DNA from: Eledone cirrhosa
Lineage: Eukaryota
Length of the DNA: 64,000 bases
Direction of reading: 5' to 3'
Assembly (NCBI GenBank): GCA_964016885.1
Contig: OZ024743.1
Span: 280,984,001 to 281,048,000 of the forward strand
The position numbers and the translations under genes were made by a program. The notes beneath the pieces were generated by a model. It saw only the letters and a program-made list of their open reading frames with translations. It ran no database searches and was not told the origin of the DNA. Below are positions 16,820 through 28,639 of the stretch, piece by piece (position 1 is the stretch's first letter; every line of letters starts with the position of its first letter).

Positions 16820-16866
16820 TGCTTACAGCTGTTTCCTCCAAACCGAGGTTTGGATTCTTCGGAGCA
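16820..16866 (-). ncRNA. Minimal type I hammerhead motif (mirror copy)
   Basis: Reverse complement of 18911-18957. Confidence 0.6.
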
Positions 16867-18910
16867 ATTTATTAATGCATGGACAGTTATATGACCTCCT
16901 TTTCAGCCGAGAGACATACCAATACATATTCAAACATTGATACATATTCAAACATTGTGGGTCAACATTCATTACAGAATTTAGAGTGGCAGTACACACT
17001 TCGAGATTACATTTATATTAATAGGTACAATCAAAAATCAAAAATATAGGTTAAAATACAACATGAAGATAAGCGGTTATATAATGCAAATGTTATATGT
17101 GTGGCACGCATGTGCGTCTTGTTTATATAGTGTGGCAGAGAGATATGTGTGGTAGAGGCACTTAGGTAGGTAAACAAGAGTGTTAGGTTGGTAGATCTGG
17201 TGGCAAATTCTTTATATGATTGATATAGTCTGTGTGTGGAGAAATATTATAAGCATTAAAGATAGTACAAGCATTAAAAGTGTTATAAGTATTGGAGATG
17301 CACAGCGCAGGGATGTCAAGTATTTCATGTACTTCGGCATTTTCATGGTCAGGGAGTGTATTTTTCGATTATATGCCCTTCACATAATCCATGACAATCC
17401 AGTTAGAGATCGTAGTCTGGTGTTCTTTAGTTCGATACAGGAGGTTGTTACGTTTCGAGAAACGCCATTGAATACCGCCCGGAAGTGTGTGTGTGGCTAA
17501 GGGGAGTTAATTCATGCGGGGAGGTAACTCTGGGGTTTCTATATCTAGCCATTAAAATGTGTCCCAATATAGACCCTAAATTCTATGGTGATGCGCATCT
17601 TCCAAGAGAGATTTTTAAAGCATAAAGTGTATTAACTATAGAGTAGTTTAATTAAGTTATGCTGAAGGTGATCATATTATTATGGTGGATTAACCCATCG
17701 TAAGGTGCCACAAATGGAAATTATAGATGATGAGCGAGGATTCTAAATTAATGATCTCTGCTCATATGACCAGGCGCGGTGATTGCAGGATTGCTTCAGG
17801 ACCCAATGATCTCTGGTAAGACCTGGGTCATCGCTTGCTACATTGGATGTCGAAAGGTAATCATCCCCAGGCCGGCCAAAGGTCAATCCGCAGTCCTCGC
17901 GACCCGTCTCTGACCGTCAGATCATCCATATACGTACAACCCGCACGGCAGTTGCAATGCATTCACTCACTGTGCTCAGCAGCCCGGTCCTACGGGTCAA
18001 CAGCGCTACTCGATTAAATCATTTTTCAACTGTCTAAGGAAGGTGTTTCCTCTGCACAACACTATCCAACCGATCAATTCATGCTCAAATTACCCTTAGA
18101 GCGGTGTAGTGCCGTTCAAGTGGGTGGATGTTGTCACACCTGACGTAGAGGTATAAATGGGTATTCTCTCTTGGAAGATGCGCATCACCATAGAATTTAG
18201 GGTCTATATTGGGACACATTTTAATGGCTAGATATAGAAACCCCAGAGTTACCTCCCCGCATGTATTAACTCCCCTTAGCCACACACACACTTCCGGGCG
18301 GTATTCAATGGCGTTTCTCGAAACGTAACAACCTCCTGTATCGAACTAAAGAACACCAGACTACGATCTCTAACTGGATTGTCGTGAATTATGTGAAGGG
18401 CATATAATCGAAAAATACACTCCCCTGACCATGAAAATGCCGAAGTACATGAAATACTTGACATCCCTGCGCTGTGCATCTCCAATACTTATAACACTTT
18501 TAATGCTTGCACTATCTTTAATGCTTATAATATTTCTCCACACACAGACTATATCAATCATATAAAGAATTTGCCACCAGATCTACCAACCTAACACTCT
18601 TGTTTACCTACCTAAGTGCCTCTACCACACATATCTCTCTGCCACACTATATAAACAAGACGCACATGCGTGCCACACATATAACATTTGCATTATATAA
18701 CCGCTTATCTTCATGTTGTATTTTAACCTATATTTTTGATTTTTGATTGTACCTATTAATATAAATGTAATCTCGAAGTGTGTACTGCCACTCTAAATTC
18801 TGTAATGAATGTTGACCCACAATGTTTGAATATGTATCAATGTTTGAATATGTATTGGTATGTCTCTCGGCTGAAAAGGAGGTCATATAACTGTCCATGC
18901 ATTAATAAAT

Positions 18911-18957
18911 TGCTCCGAAGAATCCAAACCTCGGTTTGGAGGAAACAGCTGTAAGCA
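18911..18957 (+). ncRNA. Minimal type I hammerhead motif, core variant CCGAAGA
   Basis: TGCT-CCGAAGA-ATCCAAACC-TC-GGTTTGGAG-GAAA-CAGCTG-TA-AGCA. Confidence 0.65.
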
Positions 18958-18997
18958 CAATGATGTTTTGAACAGTTCTTTGATTCTTATATTTCAT

Positions 18998-19062
<65 letters not shown>

Positions 19063-19174
19063 TAGATGATCGACTTTCGTCAAATCAGACAGAAACAATG
19101 TTTCCGTTGGTCTTTCCAATTGCTAATAGTATCTATTGGTCGCAAATCCAGGTAGAAGGAACAATGTGAAATAA

Positions 19175-19270
19175 GGTGCCTCGCTCAAGTACATAACGCA
19201 TCGTCCGGTCCAGGAATCGAACTCACAACCTCATGATTGCGAATCCAGTTCTCTAACAAATCACCTTCAC
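19175..19270 (-). mobile_element. tRNA-headed SINE fragment of a second family (also about 11985-12070 minus and 1780-1850 plus)
   Basis: Minus strand GTTGTGAGTTCGATTCCTGGACCGG..GCGTTATGTACTTGAGCGAG: a B-box followed by a CORE-like segment. Confidence 0.5.
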
Positions 19271-19300
19271 TCTCGCCATATATGTATATGTATATATATG

Positions 19301-19416
<116 letters not shown>

Positions 19417-19475
19417 GTAAACGGGAACAACAAAACAAAAGCAGGTCAATGAAGAAATATATTAATTTAATGCTT

Positions 19476-19531
19476 GATATAGTACGTAAAGCTTCTCTAC
19501 GTTTCGGACACTAGTCCTTCGTCAGAATATA
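19476..19531 (-). ncRNA. Hammerhead motif in a PLE terminal repeat
   Basis: Minus strand: CTGACGA-AGGAC-TAGT-GTCC-GAAA-CGTAGAG-AAG-CTTTACG-TA; stem I is imperfect. Confidence 0.6.
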
Positions 19532-20212
19532 GAATGAGAAGTAAAAGATGAAAGAAAGAGTGAGAAGAGGAAGGAACGACAAAAAATTTGTTTGCTCGAG
19601 TGTTTCAGGCCGCCATTTTGTGGAAATGATAGTTAGTGGGTATCTTAGATATTATAGAGGTTTTAAAACTTCTAGATTTTGAATGGACATGTGTACGTTT
19701 GTGTGCACTTGTGTCTGTCTGCGTTTGTATGTGTATGTGTGTTTGTGTATGGGGGTGAGTGTGTGTGTCTGTGTGTCTGCGTTGGTTTGTCTATGCAAAC
19801 TGTAAAAAGATATGCGTTAGACCGTAACCGAGCTGGCTTCGATGATATAGTAGAGTATGACTGTGCGCATGCGCGTGTGCTGACTGACGCAAGAAAATAT
19901 ATGTATGTATGTGAGATTCTGCTTACACATATATACATTCACGCGTAGAAACAATCACAAGAGGTTGTAGAGTAAAGCAGGTGGTTGCTAACCTGATCTA
20001 GTCCTATCTCATTTTGTGTTATGGCCGTAAAAGAAACTACATGCCTTCGGATACAATGATATAACTGTACAACGGCAAACGGCTGAACTAAGAAGGGTGG
20101 AGTCACTGTGTACGTAGAGGAGGATAGACCTGAGATGTGGTGGGGTTGGAGCAAATGTTGGAAACATTCAACATCGACGGCTCTATATGAATATATAGAG
20201 ATTCACACACAT

Positions 20213-20299
<87 letters not shown>

Positions 20300-20421
20300 A
20301 ATATACCAAGGGTGGTGCCCCAGCATGGCCTCAGCCGGATGGCTGGAACAGGTAAAAGAGTAAATGAGCATATATATATAGCCTTCGATGTTGAATGCTT
20401 CCCACCTTTTTCTCCACCATA

Positions 20422-20456
<35 letters not shown>

Positions 20457-21109
20457 ACAGGGAGAAAGAGACGATTATGAGGAAGAAAAAATTTTTTTTT
20501 TCCTATTTTTGTCTCTCTCTTTCTCTCTCTCTTTTTTCTGGGTTAGAAAATGATTAAAACGAAATGTTTTACTTTGTGTGAAGTGTTAAGGTATTAGTTG
20601 ATTTATTTATTATTTAACAATGGCATTTATTTATCTATTTATATATTTAATTATTGTCTATTACCGGTTTCTGCATTTATATGCATTACCAAATGATAGT
20701 GAAATATCTTAGTGTGGTGTCGCACATGTTAAACAGAAGGTACAGAAAGAATAATGTTATATACAAACAAGGTTTAAGAAGTGAAAAGAAAAAAGAAAAA
20801 GGAAAAAAAAACGTGTATAATGTGGAACGTAAAAAGTCAATGTGGAAGAAAAGTTAATGTTATTTACAAGCACAGTCATTGAAGTTAAGCAGTTCAAAAT
20901 GTGTTAATATCGCAAGAGTGCTTAATTGAACCATGGTTCCGTGAAGGAGGCAAATGGTGGACTGTGGTTTGATTGATTTCCCTTTTTAGAGAGTTAATAT
21001 GCAGGGGGAAGTAATTCTTGCTGGGTGATATTTAATTTATTTAAGAAAAAGGATTAGGTAGGGTGTGAGGGAGGTAACTCTTGTAAATGTTTGATAGTTT
21101 GTTGCAGTT

Positions 21110-21800
21110 TTAGATTGGTCCGATTTTTAGGGCATTGGGTACTGGTTGAAATTTATTAATGAAATGTGTTTCCTTATTGGTGCGTTGGATAGCGTTGTCT
21201 ATGAATTTGTAAATGGGGAAAATTTTTAAGTTTGGAAGTTGGTTGAGAGCGCAATTGGCGATATATTCACTAAATGTAATCTTTCTGTATTCCTGTATTT
21301 TAATTTGTGATTTATGGACTCTTGTCTGTCCTATGTAGTGCTCTTGACAACCTGAGCAAGTCAAAACATAGATAAGGTTTTCAGATGCACACGTAAAGTT
21401 GTGTTTAACTGTGACACGTTGTCCTTGTTTAAAATGGAATGTTGAACCTTCTATTAGATTTATGTATATGCCACAGTTGGGCCTTCCGCATTTTGTTACT
21501 GTAGGGTTTGTTGGATTTTGGCTTGTGTGAGGTTGTTTTTTATGGATTTGGGTTGTCTTTTGCTCTTTATGATGTTGTGTGTTTGGGGGATATTGTTCAT
21601 TCTTGGGTCTCTTTTTAGTAAAGGAATGTTCTGGAGGATGGTATCGAATGCCTCATTGTTGAGGGTTGTGTGTGGAGATGTATGGTAGAGTTTTTTGTTG
21701 CGGTTCACTCCTGGGTTTGGGGTGTCTGAGTTCCTGAATTTCTAGTTTTAGGGCACGTTGGAATCTATTGGTGATTAGGGATGGTAGGTAGTTTCTTTTG
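21110..21800 (-). pseudogene. Degenerate Penelope-like GIY-YIG region of a second PLE family
   Basis: Fragments NLIYVLTCSGCQEHYIGQT, CGRPNCG, KSKRQPKS and KETHFINKFQP across frameshifts. Confidence 0.7.
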
Positions 21801-21935
21801 AAAAAAAGGAAAAGAATGACTTCACTTTTAGTGTTAAAAAATTTATGATTTAATGTTATATTATAATATTATATTATAACATTAAATCATAAATGTTTTA
21901 ACACTACAAGTGAAGTCATTCTTTTCCTTTTTTTC
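21800..21935. repeat. Short foldback at the 5' truncation point of the PLE remnant
   Basis: GAAAAAAAGGAAAAGAATGACTTCACTT...AAGTGAAGTCATTCTTTTCCTTTTTTTC. Confidence 0.85.
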
Positions 21936-21971
21936 AAATATACCTAACTGTACCAAGGATCTCACACATTT

Positions 21972-22075
<104 letters not shown>

Positions 22076-22164
22076 ACACGGGTGTGTATGATTGTGTATA
22101 GAAGATTATATTAATAAAAGGAATTCCAACTTTGTCTTGCAAACTTGACTGTCACCACAGAATA

Positions 22165-22203
22165 TGTACCTGAAGATTGCGAAAGCATGAAAGTACTTGT
22201 TCA
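22165..22203 (+). ncRNA. Minimal type I hammerhead motif inside a ~220-bp element with ~30-bp inverted ends (22107-22325)
   Basis: TGTAC-CTGAAGA-TTGC-GAAA-GCAT-GAAA-GTAC-TT-GTTCA. Confidence 0.6.
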
Positions 22204-22512
22204 ATTAACACTTAACATTTAATATTATACCATACTATTTCATTCTAATACCATTATAAAGTTTAAAGGATTGTAAATAAAACGAGTAAATCAGACAAAG
22301 TTGGAATTCCTTTTATTAATATATATATATATATATATATATATTATGCATTGTGGATATCTATGGAAGAAACGGGAAAGGAGGCCAGTAAAAACGATAA
22401 GGGGAGATAATCAAGATGCTGAGCCAAGTCGCTCTTGACACTTAATGAAATTATAACAAAATACAAAGGATAAATATGCATATATACGTGGGGGGGGGGC
22501 ATATGTGCAGTG

Positions 22513-22536
22513 AGATAAATAGATAGATAGATAGAT
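22513..22536. repeat. (AGAT)n at the 3' junction of Tx1-like element A
   Basis: Direct reading. Confidence 0.9.
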
Positions 22537-22750
22537 TTCTTTATTTACCATAAAGGCATAAAAAGAAGGGACAAATACAAAGGGGGAGTTTACATATAAT
22601 CGAGTAAAAAGGGTGTAACATGAAAATAATCGAAAATAACCTCAAAAGGGAGGGGACGTGATGGGGGTTGCACACACCCCCGAAAAAGTGTGCAATCCTT
22701 TGCCCGGGGAGCACATGGAGAAGGTGCTCCCCTCTCCTTTACTTCTTTAC

Positions 22751-25700
22751 CTACAGGATGGTATACAGAGAAGGCCCATTTACACGAGCCATTCTCGCCA
22801 CTATCACCCACCTTTCATAAAACTGCCTGTGGCCAAGCACCTCTCTCTCCATTCTTATCCTTCTTCCGAAGTGATATCGGAAGAAGTAGACCAGACTATG
22901 GCCAGAGAGGAAGTTGCCTGACCTCAGACCTTTCAATCGTGTCCACCAAACAACCTCTTTCAACATGGCTATTACGCACAGAAAAACCGCCTTTGCTTCC
23001 TTTGTGAAGAGGGGAGGCGGTTTGATTGTCATCACGGACTCGGCGGTCAATTTAATCGGCGCCACTCGCGACAGCAGTTGTTCGGCGTAGCCCCACAGAT
23101 CAGCCACGCCCGGACATTGCACCAATGCGTGCGCTACGGTTTCTTCGTGACGCACGCATCTAGGGCAAATCTTTTTTGAGGGATCCCTGCCCGGGCGCCC
23201 GTGTCTGTAGAGCCTCTCTCGAACGGGTAGAGCCCCTCGGTAGCACTGCCAGGCCAGTGACTTCTGGAAGTTGTCCATTGGTCCTGGGCCGAAAGTCCTA
23301 CCGAACAGGCTGGCCAGTTCGTCTTCTTCCATGTCCAGCGACTCTCCAAGGGTGTCATCGCCCCTGCTAGCCACCAGCCCTCTATAGAATGATGAGGTGG
23401 ATTCTCCACCGATGGCCTGGCCCGCTTGCCAGAGAGCCCTGAGCGCCTGAGCACACTCAGTGTGCCAGTCTCCCAGTTTTCCGGATCTTTGCTTGACCCA
23501 GGACTGTAGCTCGGTGAGTGAGACGAGTCTCGGAAAGGCTCGTTTCACGAACGGAGCCCACACCGGTTGACCAGTGAGGAATACCTGTAGGTGCCGTAGC
23601 CTTAATGCGTGCCTACGCATCATCAACCACGGCATCCCCAGCCCTCCTTTCGAAGGTTGTTGGCAGCAGATGGATCTTCTCACCATAGGAGGACGCTTCT
23701 TCCAAAGAAATTGGAAGAGCATGCGTTCCATGGTGGTGAGTGTTTCTTTAGGGCAAGGCACGACAGTCAGGCGGTAGTAAGTAACGGACGCTATGTAAAT
23801 GTTCGCCACCTCCGCCCGGCCTTTTAGGGACAGCTTACACTTGGCCCATTTCTGGGTTAGTGCAAACACCTTGTTCGTAACCTCGTTCCAGTTCTTTTCC
23901 ACCTGGAGGTCCGGTCCAAACCAGACCCCAAGCAACTTTACCGGGCCCTCCGTCTAGTGTCCGACGACACCGTCAGGAGGTATCGGTTTGCCTCTCCACG
24001 TTCCGAGTTGCAGCCCGATGGATTTTTCCCGGTTCAGTTTCGCTCCTGACAACCTTTCGTACTCCTCCAGTAAGGTACCGATCGCCTCGATCTCCGAGTC
24101 GGTTGATACCATTACTGTTACGTCATCGGCGTAGGCGGACACCGCTTTGCTCAATCCTGGTTCCAGGGGGATACCCTGCAACAACTCCAACTTCCTCAGT
24201 AAAGGCTCGAGAGTCAATACGTACAGAAGGGAGGAGAGAGGGCACCCCTGTCGAATGGATCGTGTGATTTCGAACGGCTTCGAAAGGTAGCCGTTCACCT
24301 TGATCCTAGAACAGATGTGGTTGCTATGTAGGGCAGTGATCCAGCCTCTGAAAACAGGACCGAACCCAGCCGCCGCTAGCACCGCATCCAGGTAACCATG
24401 GTCGACTCTATCGAAGGCCTTAGACTGATCCAAGTTGATCAGGGCCCCACCGAAGCCAGGTTTGTTGCCAACCCTCTCTATGATGTATCGCATGAGGTGG
24501 AGGTTATCGTGAATGGACCTGGATGGGATAGCACATGTCTGCGCATCTCCCACCAGGCCACCCACGACAAGCGCCAACCTCTTTGCTAACACCTTGGCCA
24601 AAATCTTTAACTCTGTGTTTAGCAGGTTATGGGCCGAAAATTATTTATACTATCCCCCTTGTTCTCGTCCTTCCTCACCAGCGTGACTACGCCCTTGGCT
24701 ACAGAACAAGGAATTCTCCCGTTCTGCTGCCAATTGCAGTAGACCGCTTCGAGGAGTTCGGAGAAGAAGACCGGCATTGCTAAATAAAGTTCGTAAGGTA
24801 TACCATCGAGACCTGGAGATTTGCGTCTGCTGCATTGGCTCAGCGCATCTCCGATCTCATCAGCCGAGATTGGTCCCTCGCAGGACTCTGCCTCTTTGTT
24901 CGAGAGACGCGGCAGGCCGTCGAGGTATGGACCGAAATCCACGCCCCGGCCCGGACCCTCGCCTCCCCCGAACAATCGGGCAAAGTGCTTTTGAAAGGCC
25001 TCGCACATCTGCTTAGGCTCCCGGATCACTCGTCCATCTTCGTCTTGCAACGACCGGATGGTGGATCGATTTCCACTCTTAGCTTCTGTCACGCGGGCCC
25101 ATCCAACGGCTTTGGCCCCCTCATTACCTAGAGCACGTATTTTACTTCGAATGACGCAGCCTTTGTGCTTTGCATCGAAAAACTGGCTCAAGGCCGTCCT
25201 CGATGCCAGCACTCTGGCCACATCTTCGCTCTTGATTGCCTCTTCTAATTTACCTGTTAATTCTTTCTCGTTTCTATTCCTATCGGCAGCTAACATCTTG
25301 CTATAACTTATTGATTCTGTTCTAATCTCTCTTTTGAGAGATGCCCACCATCGGTTGTTGACGATTGCACCCGTCAACCTCTCCTTAACTAATCTGCTAA
25401 TCCGGTTTCTGTAAGTCTCTTTTGCCGGTAAAGACAAATTAAGTTTCCAGTAACCGGGACCCTGTCTATGTGTTTTCTCGAGATTGACCACGCAGGTCAC
25501 TAATTTGTGATCCGTGTAGCCAACCGTGCGCATTTCTGGACAGCTTAATATGTCCCTATCCTTACTTCTAACTAAGAATCTATCTAAGTACGATCTAGAT
25601 TGACCACTGTGGTTTCTCCAAGTCCAGGTAGGCACAGTTGGAAAATCTAGTCGATATCTATCGACCAAGTTAAAACGGTCGAGTAACCCCTTGAGGCTGT

Positions 25701-26186
25701 TACACCCCCCTCTATTAGGACATGCTCCTGCATAGTCCCAACGTGCATCCAGGATGTCATTCCAATCCCCCGCTAGAAGCAGGGAACGCGACGTTCCCAG
25801 AAAAGTCTCCAAACGCTGAAAGAAGTCGGGCCGTTCAGCTCCGAAAGGGGAGTAGACGCGACCAGTCTCAAGGCCGCACTTTCACTACTGCCAACGTCTA
25901 GCACCAACAAACGACCCTCCGGGTCCGAGTGCACAACCTGTACGGCAAGACCCAGGTGTTTTTGCAGCAGTACGACAACCCCACCCCCACCTCCAGGTTG
26001 ACAGAGAGATGCATGCACCTCAAAGTCATCGAAGGTGGGGGCCAGCTGCCGCATGACGCTGATTCGAGTCTCACAGATAACCATTACATTTATACTACAT
26101 GACCTGAGGTCATTTAGAAGCTTTGCTTGCTTCCAAGTTGAGCCCAGGCCACGTGCATTCAAACATCCTACTCTTAACACGTCCAT
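22751..26186 (-). pseudogene. Element A ORF2 (APE endonuclease-RT-CCHC), split by two frameshifts and a TGG>TAG stop
   Basis: GCLNARGL, GDWN, SYLDRFL, YTDH, KSPGLDG, LDQSKAFDRVDH, IRQGCPLS, AYADD and CPRC...H...C in four collinear ORF pieces. Confidence 0.9.
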
Positions 26187-26219
26187 GTGGGCGGCAGAGC
26201 CAAAGGAGAGTGTAGAGAC

Positions 26220-28121
26220 CTACCTTTCCGCTTCCCGGGGTTCGGGTTGCACGACTTCCATGGGGTCGGGGGTGTTGGGTGAAGGGGTGTCTTGTGGTGG
26301 TGTGGGGTCGTCAGTGTGTGGTGGGGTTGGGGTGTTTGGAGTTGTGTTGGGGAGGGGAAGGGGAGGTGGAAAGCTTTTTAGTAGGACGCGGTTTATGGGT
26401 TTGACAGAGGGTGGTCCTACGTCCTCCTTAAAATCCTTTTTTAGTTTTTGGTAGAGGTTCATTGGGATTTTTATTAGTTTTAAATGTGGGTGGTTTTCTG
26501 ACGAAACAAAGTTTACACCTTCGGTTTGTACCGAAGGATTATTGTATATGAGTTCATTTAATTTATTATTGTTTCTGTTGATGTAAGTATAGTGTAATGT
26601 CTTTTTTTCCGATGGTGTGAGTGTTTCGAAGAGGGGAGGGGCAGGTTTGGTTTTGTTTGTTGCTGGAGGGGTGTTTTCTGTTTTGTTGGATTGTGTTGCG
26701 ATTTGGGTGGGGGTTGTTTGTCCTTGTGTGTTTTGCACATGTTTTCTTTTTTTCCTTTTAATCTGTCTGAAGGACTCCGTTTCTTCCTCCGAATTCGTTG
26801 GGTTATCTTCAGTGTTGGAGGGAAGAGGTATGTTTGCTGGTAATGTTTCCGTGTTGGTTTTCTTTGTGGGGGAGATGGATGTCACTATGTTAGACTGTGT
26901 TGTGTGTTGTGTCTGCGGTGGTTGTGTTGTTTTATTGAGTGAGAGGTTGGGTGGGCCTGTATTTTGTTTTGGGGTAATGTGTTGTGACTGTTTGTGTTGT
27001 GGTGGTGTTGTGGTTTTACTGAGGGACGGGTTGGGTGGGACTGAGTTTTGTTGTTTGTTTATCTGTTGTGGTGGTGGTGGTGGAGCTGGTGTTGGTAGCA
27101 GGGTTTTCTTTTTGTTGAGTTGGGGACAAGCGGCCTTCAGGTGCCCTCTGCCTGCACAGATATGGCAGGACGGCCTTCTCCCCTCCACGCTAATGTTTAT
27201 ATACCCGTGGTCCTCTAATAGGATTCTGTCGGGTATTTGGGCGATGCGTTCAGGCTTCATTTGTACTACCAGCTCTATACCTGTTCCACTGAACGCATTG
27301 CCTGTGGTTTTCCCACTGGAAATCACGTTGTCATTCACTGGATCGATGAAGCCAGCTATGAGCCAGCAGTAGTCCACATCTGATATCATTGCATCCAGCC
27401 ATATGCGTTGAGTTTTTTTTCCCATATAAGATGGATAAAAGGTGAAATTTTTCGAACGAATCGGTGACAAAGCACATTTTTTTGCCGCCGATTCGTTCTT
27501 CATGATAATTGCTAGGCTTCCATACAGTCTGTCTTTTCTTATGAAAGTTGTTTCATTCAGTACTTCTGTGAGTACTGTTTTGATATCTGCTTGAGAAGGC
27601 TGTTCAGGTTTTTTTGTACTGTTGTTGATGGTCCGAAACTTGACCGTTCGGCTTTCAATGTCTTTCGTGAATTCTTGAGGCATTTTTACCAATAAAATAC
27701 CATTCTCACCTTCACTTATGTATTGTTTGGCGTCCGTGATCCTTCGTACCACATCTGAAATGTTTTCCGCTATATAAGTCAAAGATTTCTTTGTTTTCTG
27801 TGCAAATGAAATCTTGTCGTCTGCTTTGTTTTCTGATATGGTGTTATTTTCAACTGTTATTTTTTTGTTTGTTGTGTCTTTGTTTGTGTTATTAGTATTG
27901 TCATGCAATTTTTCAAATTTTTTTTTTTCGTTGTTGGAATCCAAGTCCAGATTTATGTTTTCGTCATTTAATTTTTTCTCCGCAGATTCGTCCGTTTTTA
28001 TTTTCATTTTTCCTTCCTTCTCTATGACGTTAGTTGGGAAGGAAGGGAGGACTAAAGCGTGCGAGCTTACAACTCTTACCGCTGTCCCCCCACCACTATT
28101 TTCGTTCGCTGTGTTTAACAT
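26220..28121 (-). CDS. Element A ORF1p, nucleic-acid-binding protein with a zinc knuckle (633 aa)
   Basis: Uninterrupted ORF; CHICAGRGHLKAAC (CX2CX4HX4C); Pro/Thr/Gln-rich linker; homologous to ORF1 of B and C. Confidence 0.85.
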   Translation of the reverse strand: MLNTANENSGGGTAVRVVSSHALVLPSFPTNVIEKEGKMKIKTDESAEKKLNDENINLDLDSNNEKKKFEKLHDNTNNTNKDTTNKKITVENNTISENKADDKISFAQKTKKSLTYIAENISDVVRRITDAKQYISEGENGILLVKMPQEFTKDIESRTVKFRTINNSTKKPEQPSQADIKTVLTEVLNETTFIRKDRLYGSLAIIMKNESAAKKCALSPIRSKNFTFYPSYMGKKTQRIWLDAMISDVDYCWLIAGFIDPVNDNVISSGKTTGNAFSGTGIELVVQMKPERIAQIPDRILLEDHGYINISVEGRRPSCHICAGRGHLKAACPQLNKKKTLLPTPAPPPPPQQINKQQNSVPPNPSLSKTTTPPQHKQSQHITPKQNTGPPNLSLNKTTQPPQTQHTTQSNIVTSISPTKKTNTETLPANIPLPSNTEDNPTNSEEETESFRQIKRKKRKHVQNTQGQTTPTQIATQSNKTENTPPATNKTKPAPPLFETLTPSEKKTLHYTYINRNNNKLNELIYNNPSVQTEGVNFVSSENHPHLKLIKIPMNLYQKLKKDFKEDVGPPSVKPINRVLLKSFPPPLPLPNTTPNTPTPPHTDDPTPPQDTPSPNTPDPMEVVQPEPREAER

Positions 28122-28346
28122 TTCTGTTAGACGATTGAAATTTTTTACACAAAATTTTTTAAAACAGGTTTTTCACCTCTAGGAGGGGTAAAGATGAGCT
28201 GACCCACCGCCTGACAGTTCAGACGGAGGGTCAAGCTACACAATTGTATCAAAATTAAGTTTGAACTCACAAAATTTCCTCAATAAATTTGAACAAAACT
28301 TCTGTGCGAAGTGAATGACATCCACACTGTAGAACAGACGACAGCC

Positions 28347-28376
28347 TATAGATATAGATAGATAGATAGATAGATA
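28347..28376. repeat. (GATA)n spacer between elements A and B
   Basis: Direct reading. Confidence 0.9.
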
Positions 28377-28639
28377 AGTTTCTTTTATTTGCCACTAGGG
28401 CATCAAAAGTGGGACAAGTACAAAGGGGGGAGTTTACACAAAAAGGCGTCCTCAATAAGGAGGAGGCAATAACAAAATATAAAAATAAAATAAGATATAA
28501 CAAAAATAAAATTTTTAACAAAATCCTCAATAGAGAGGAGGCGCCTTGGGGGGTCGCACACACCCCCGAAAAAAGTGTGCAACCCTTTTCCTCAGGAGCA
28601 CAGAGAGGGGGTGCTCCCTCGTTCCTTCCTCTTTTCCAC

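Larger units (their letters stand above)
16777..19000. mobile_element. Large inverted repeat (~835-bp arms at 16777-17611 and 18165-19000, ~550-bp spacer); PLE-type inverted pseudo-LTR
   Basis: Arms are near-identical reverse complements (mirror ORFs 17216+ and 18561-); an HHR motif lies near each outer end; (TA)n at the right flank. Confidence 0.85.
22537..28346 (-). mobile_element. Tx1/L1-clade non-LTR retrotransposon, copy A (full-length, ORF2 disrupted)
   Basis: 5'UTR, ORF1 with a CCHC knuckle, ORF2 with APE + RT + C-terminal Zn finger, 3'UTR ending in AATAAA. Confidence 0.9.
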
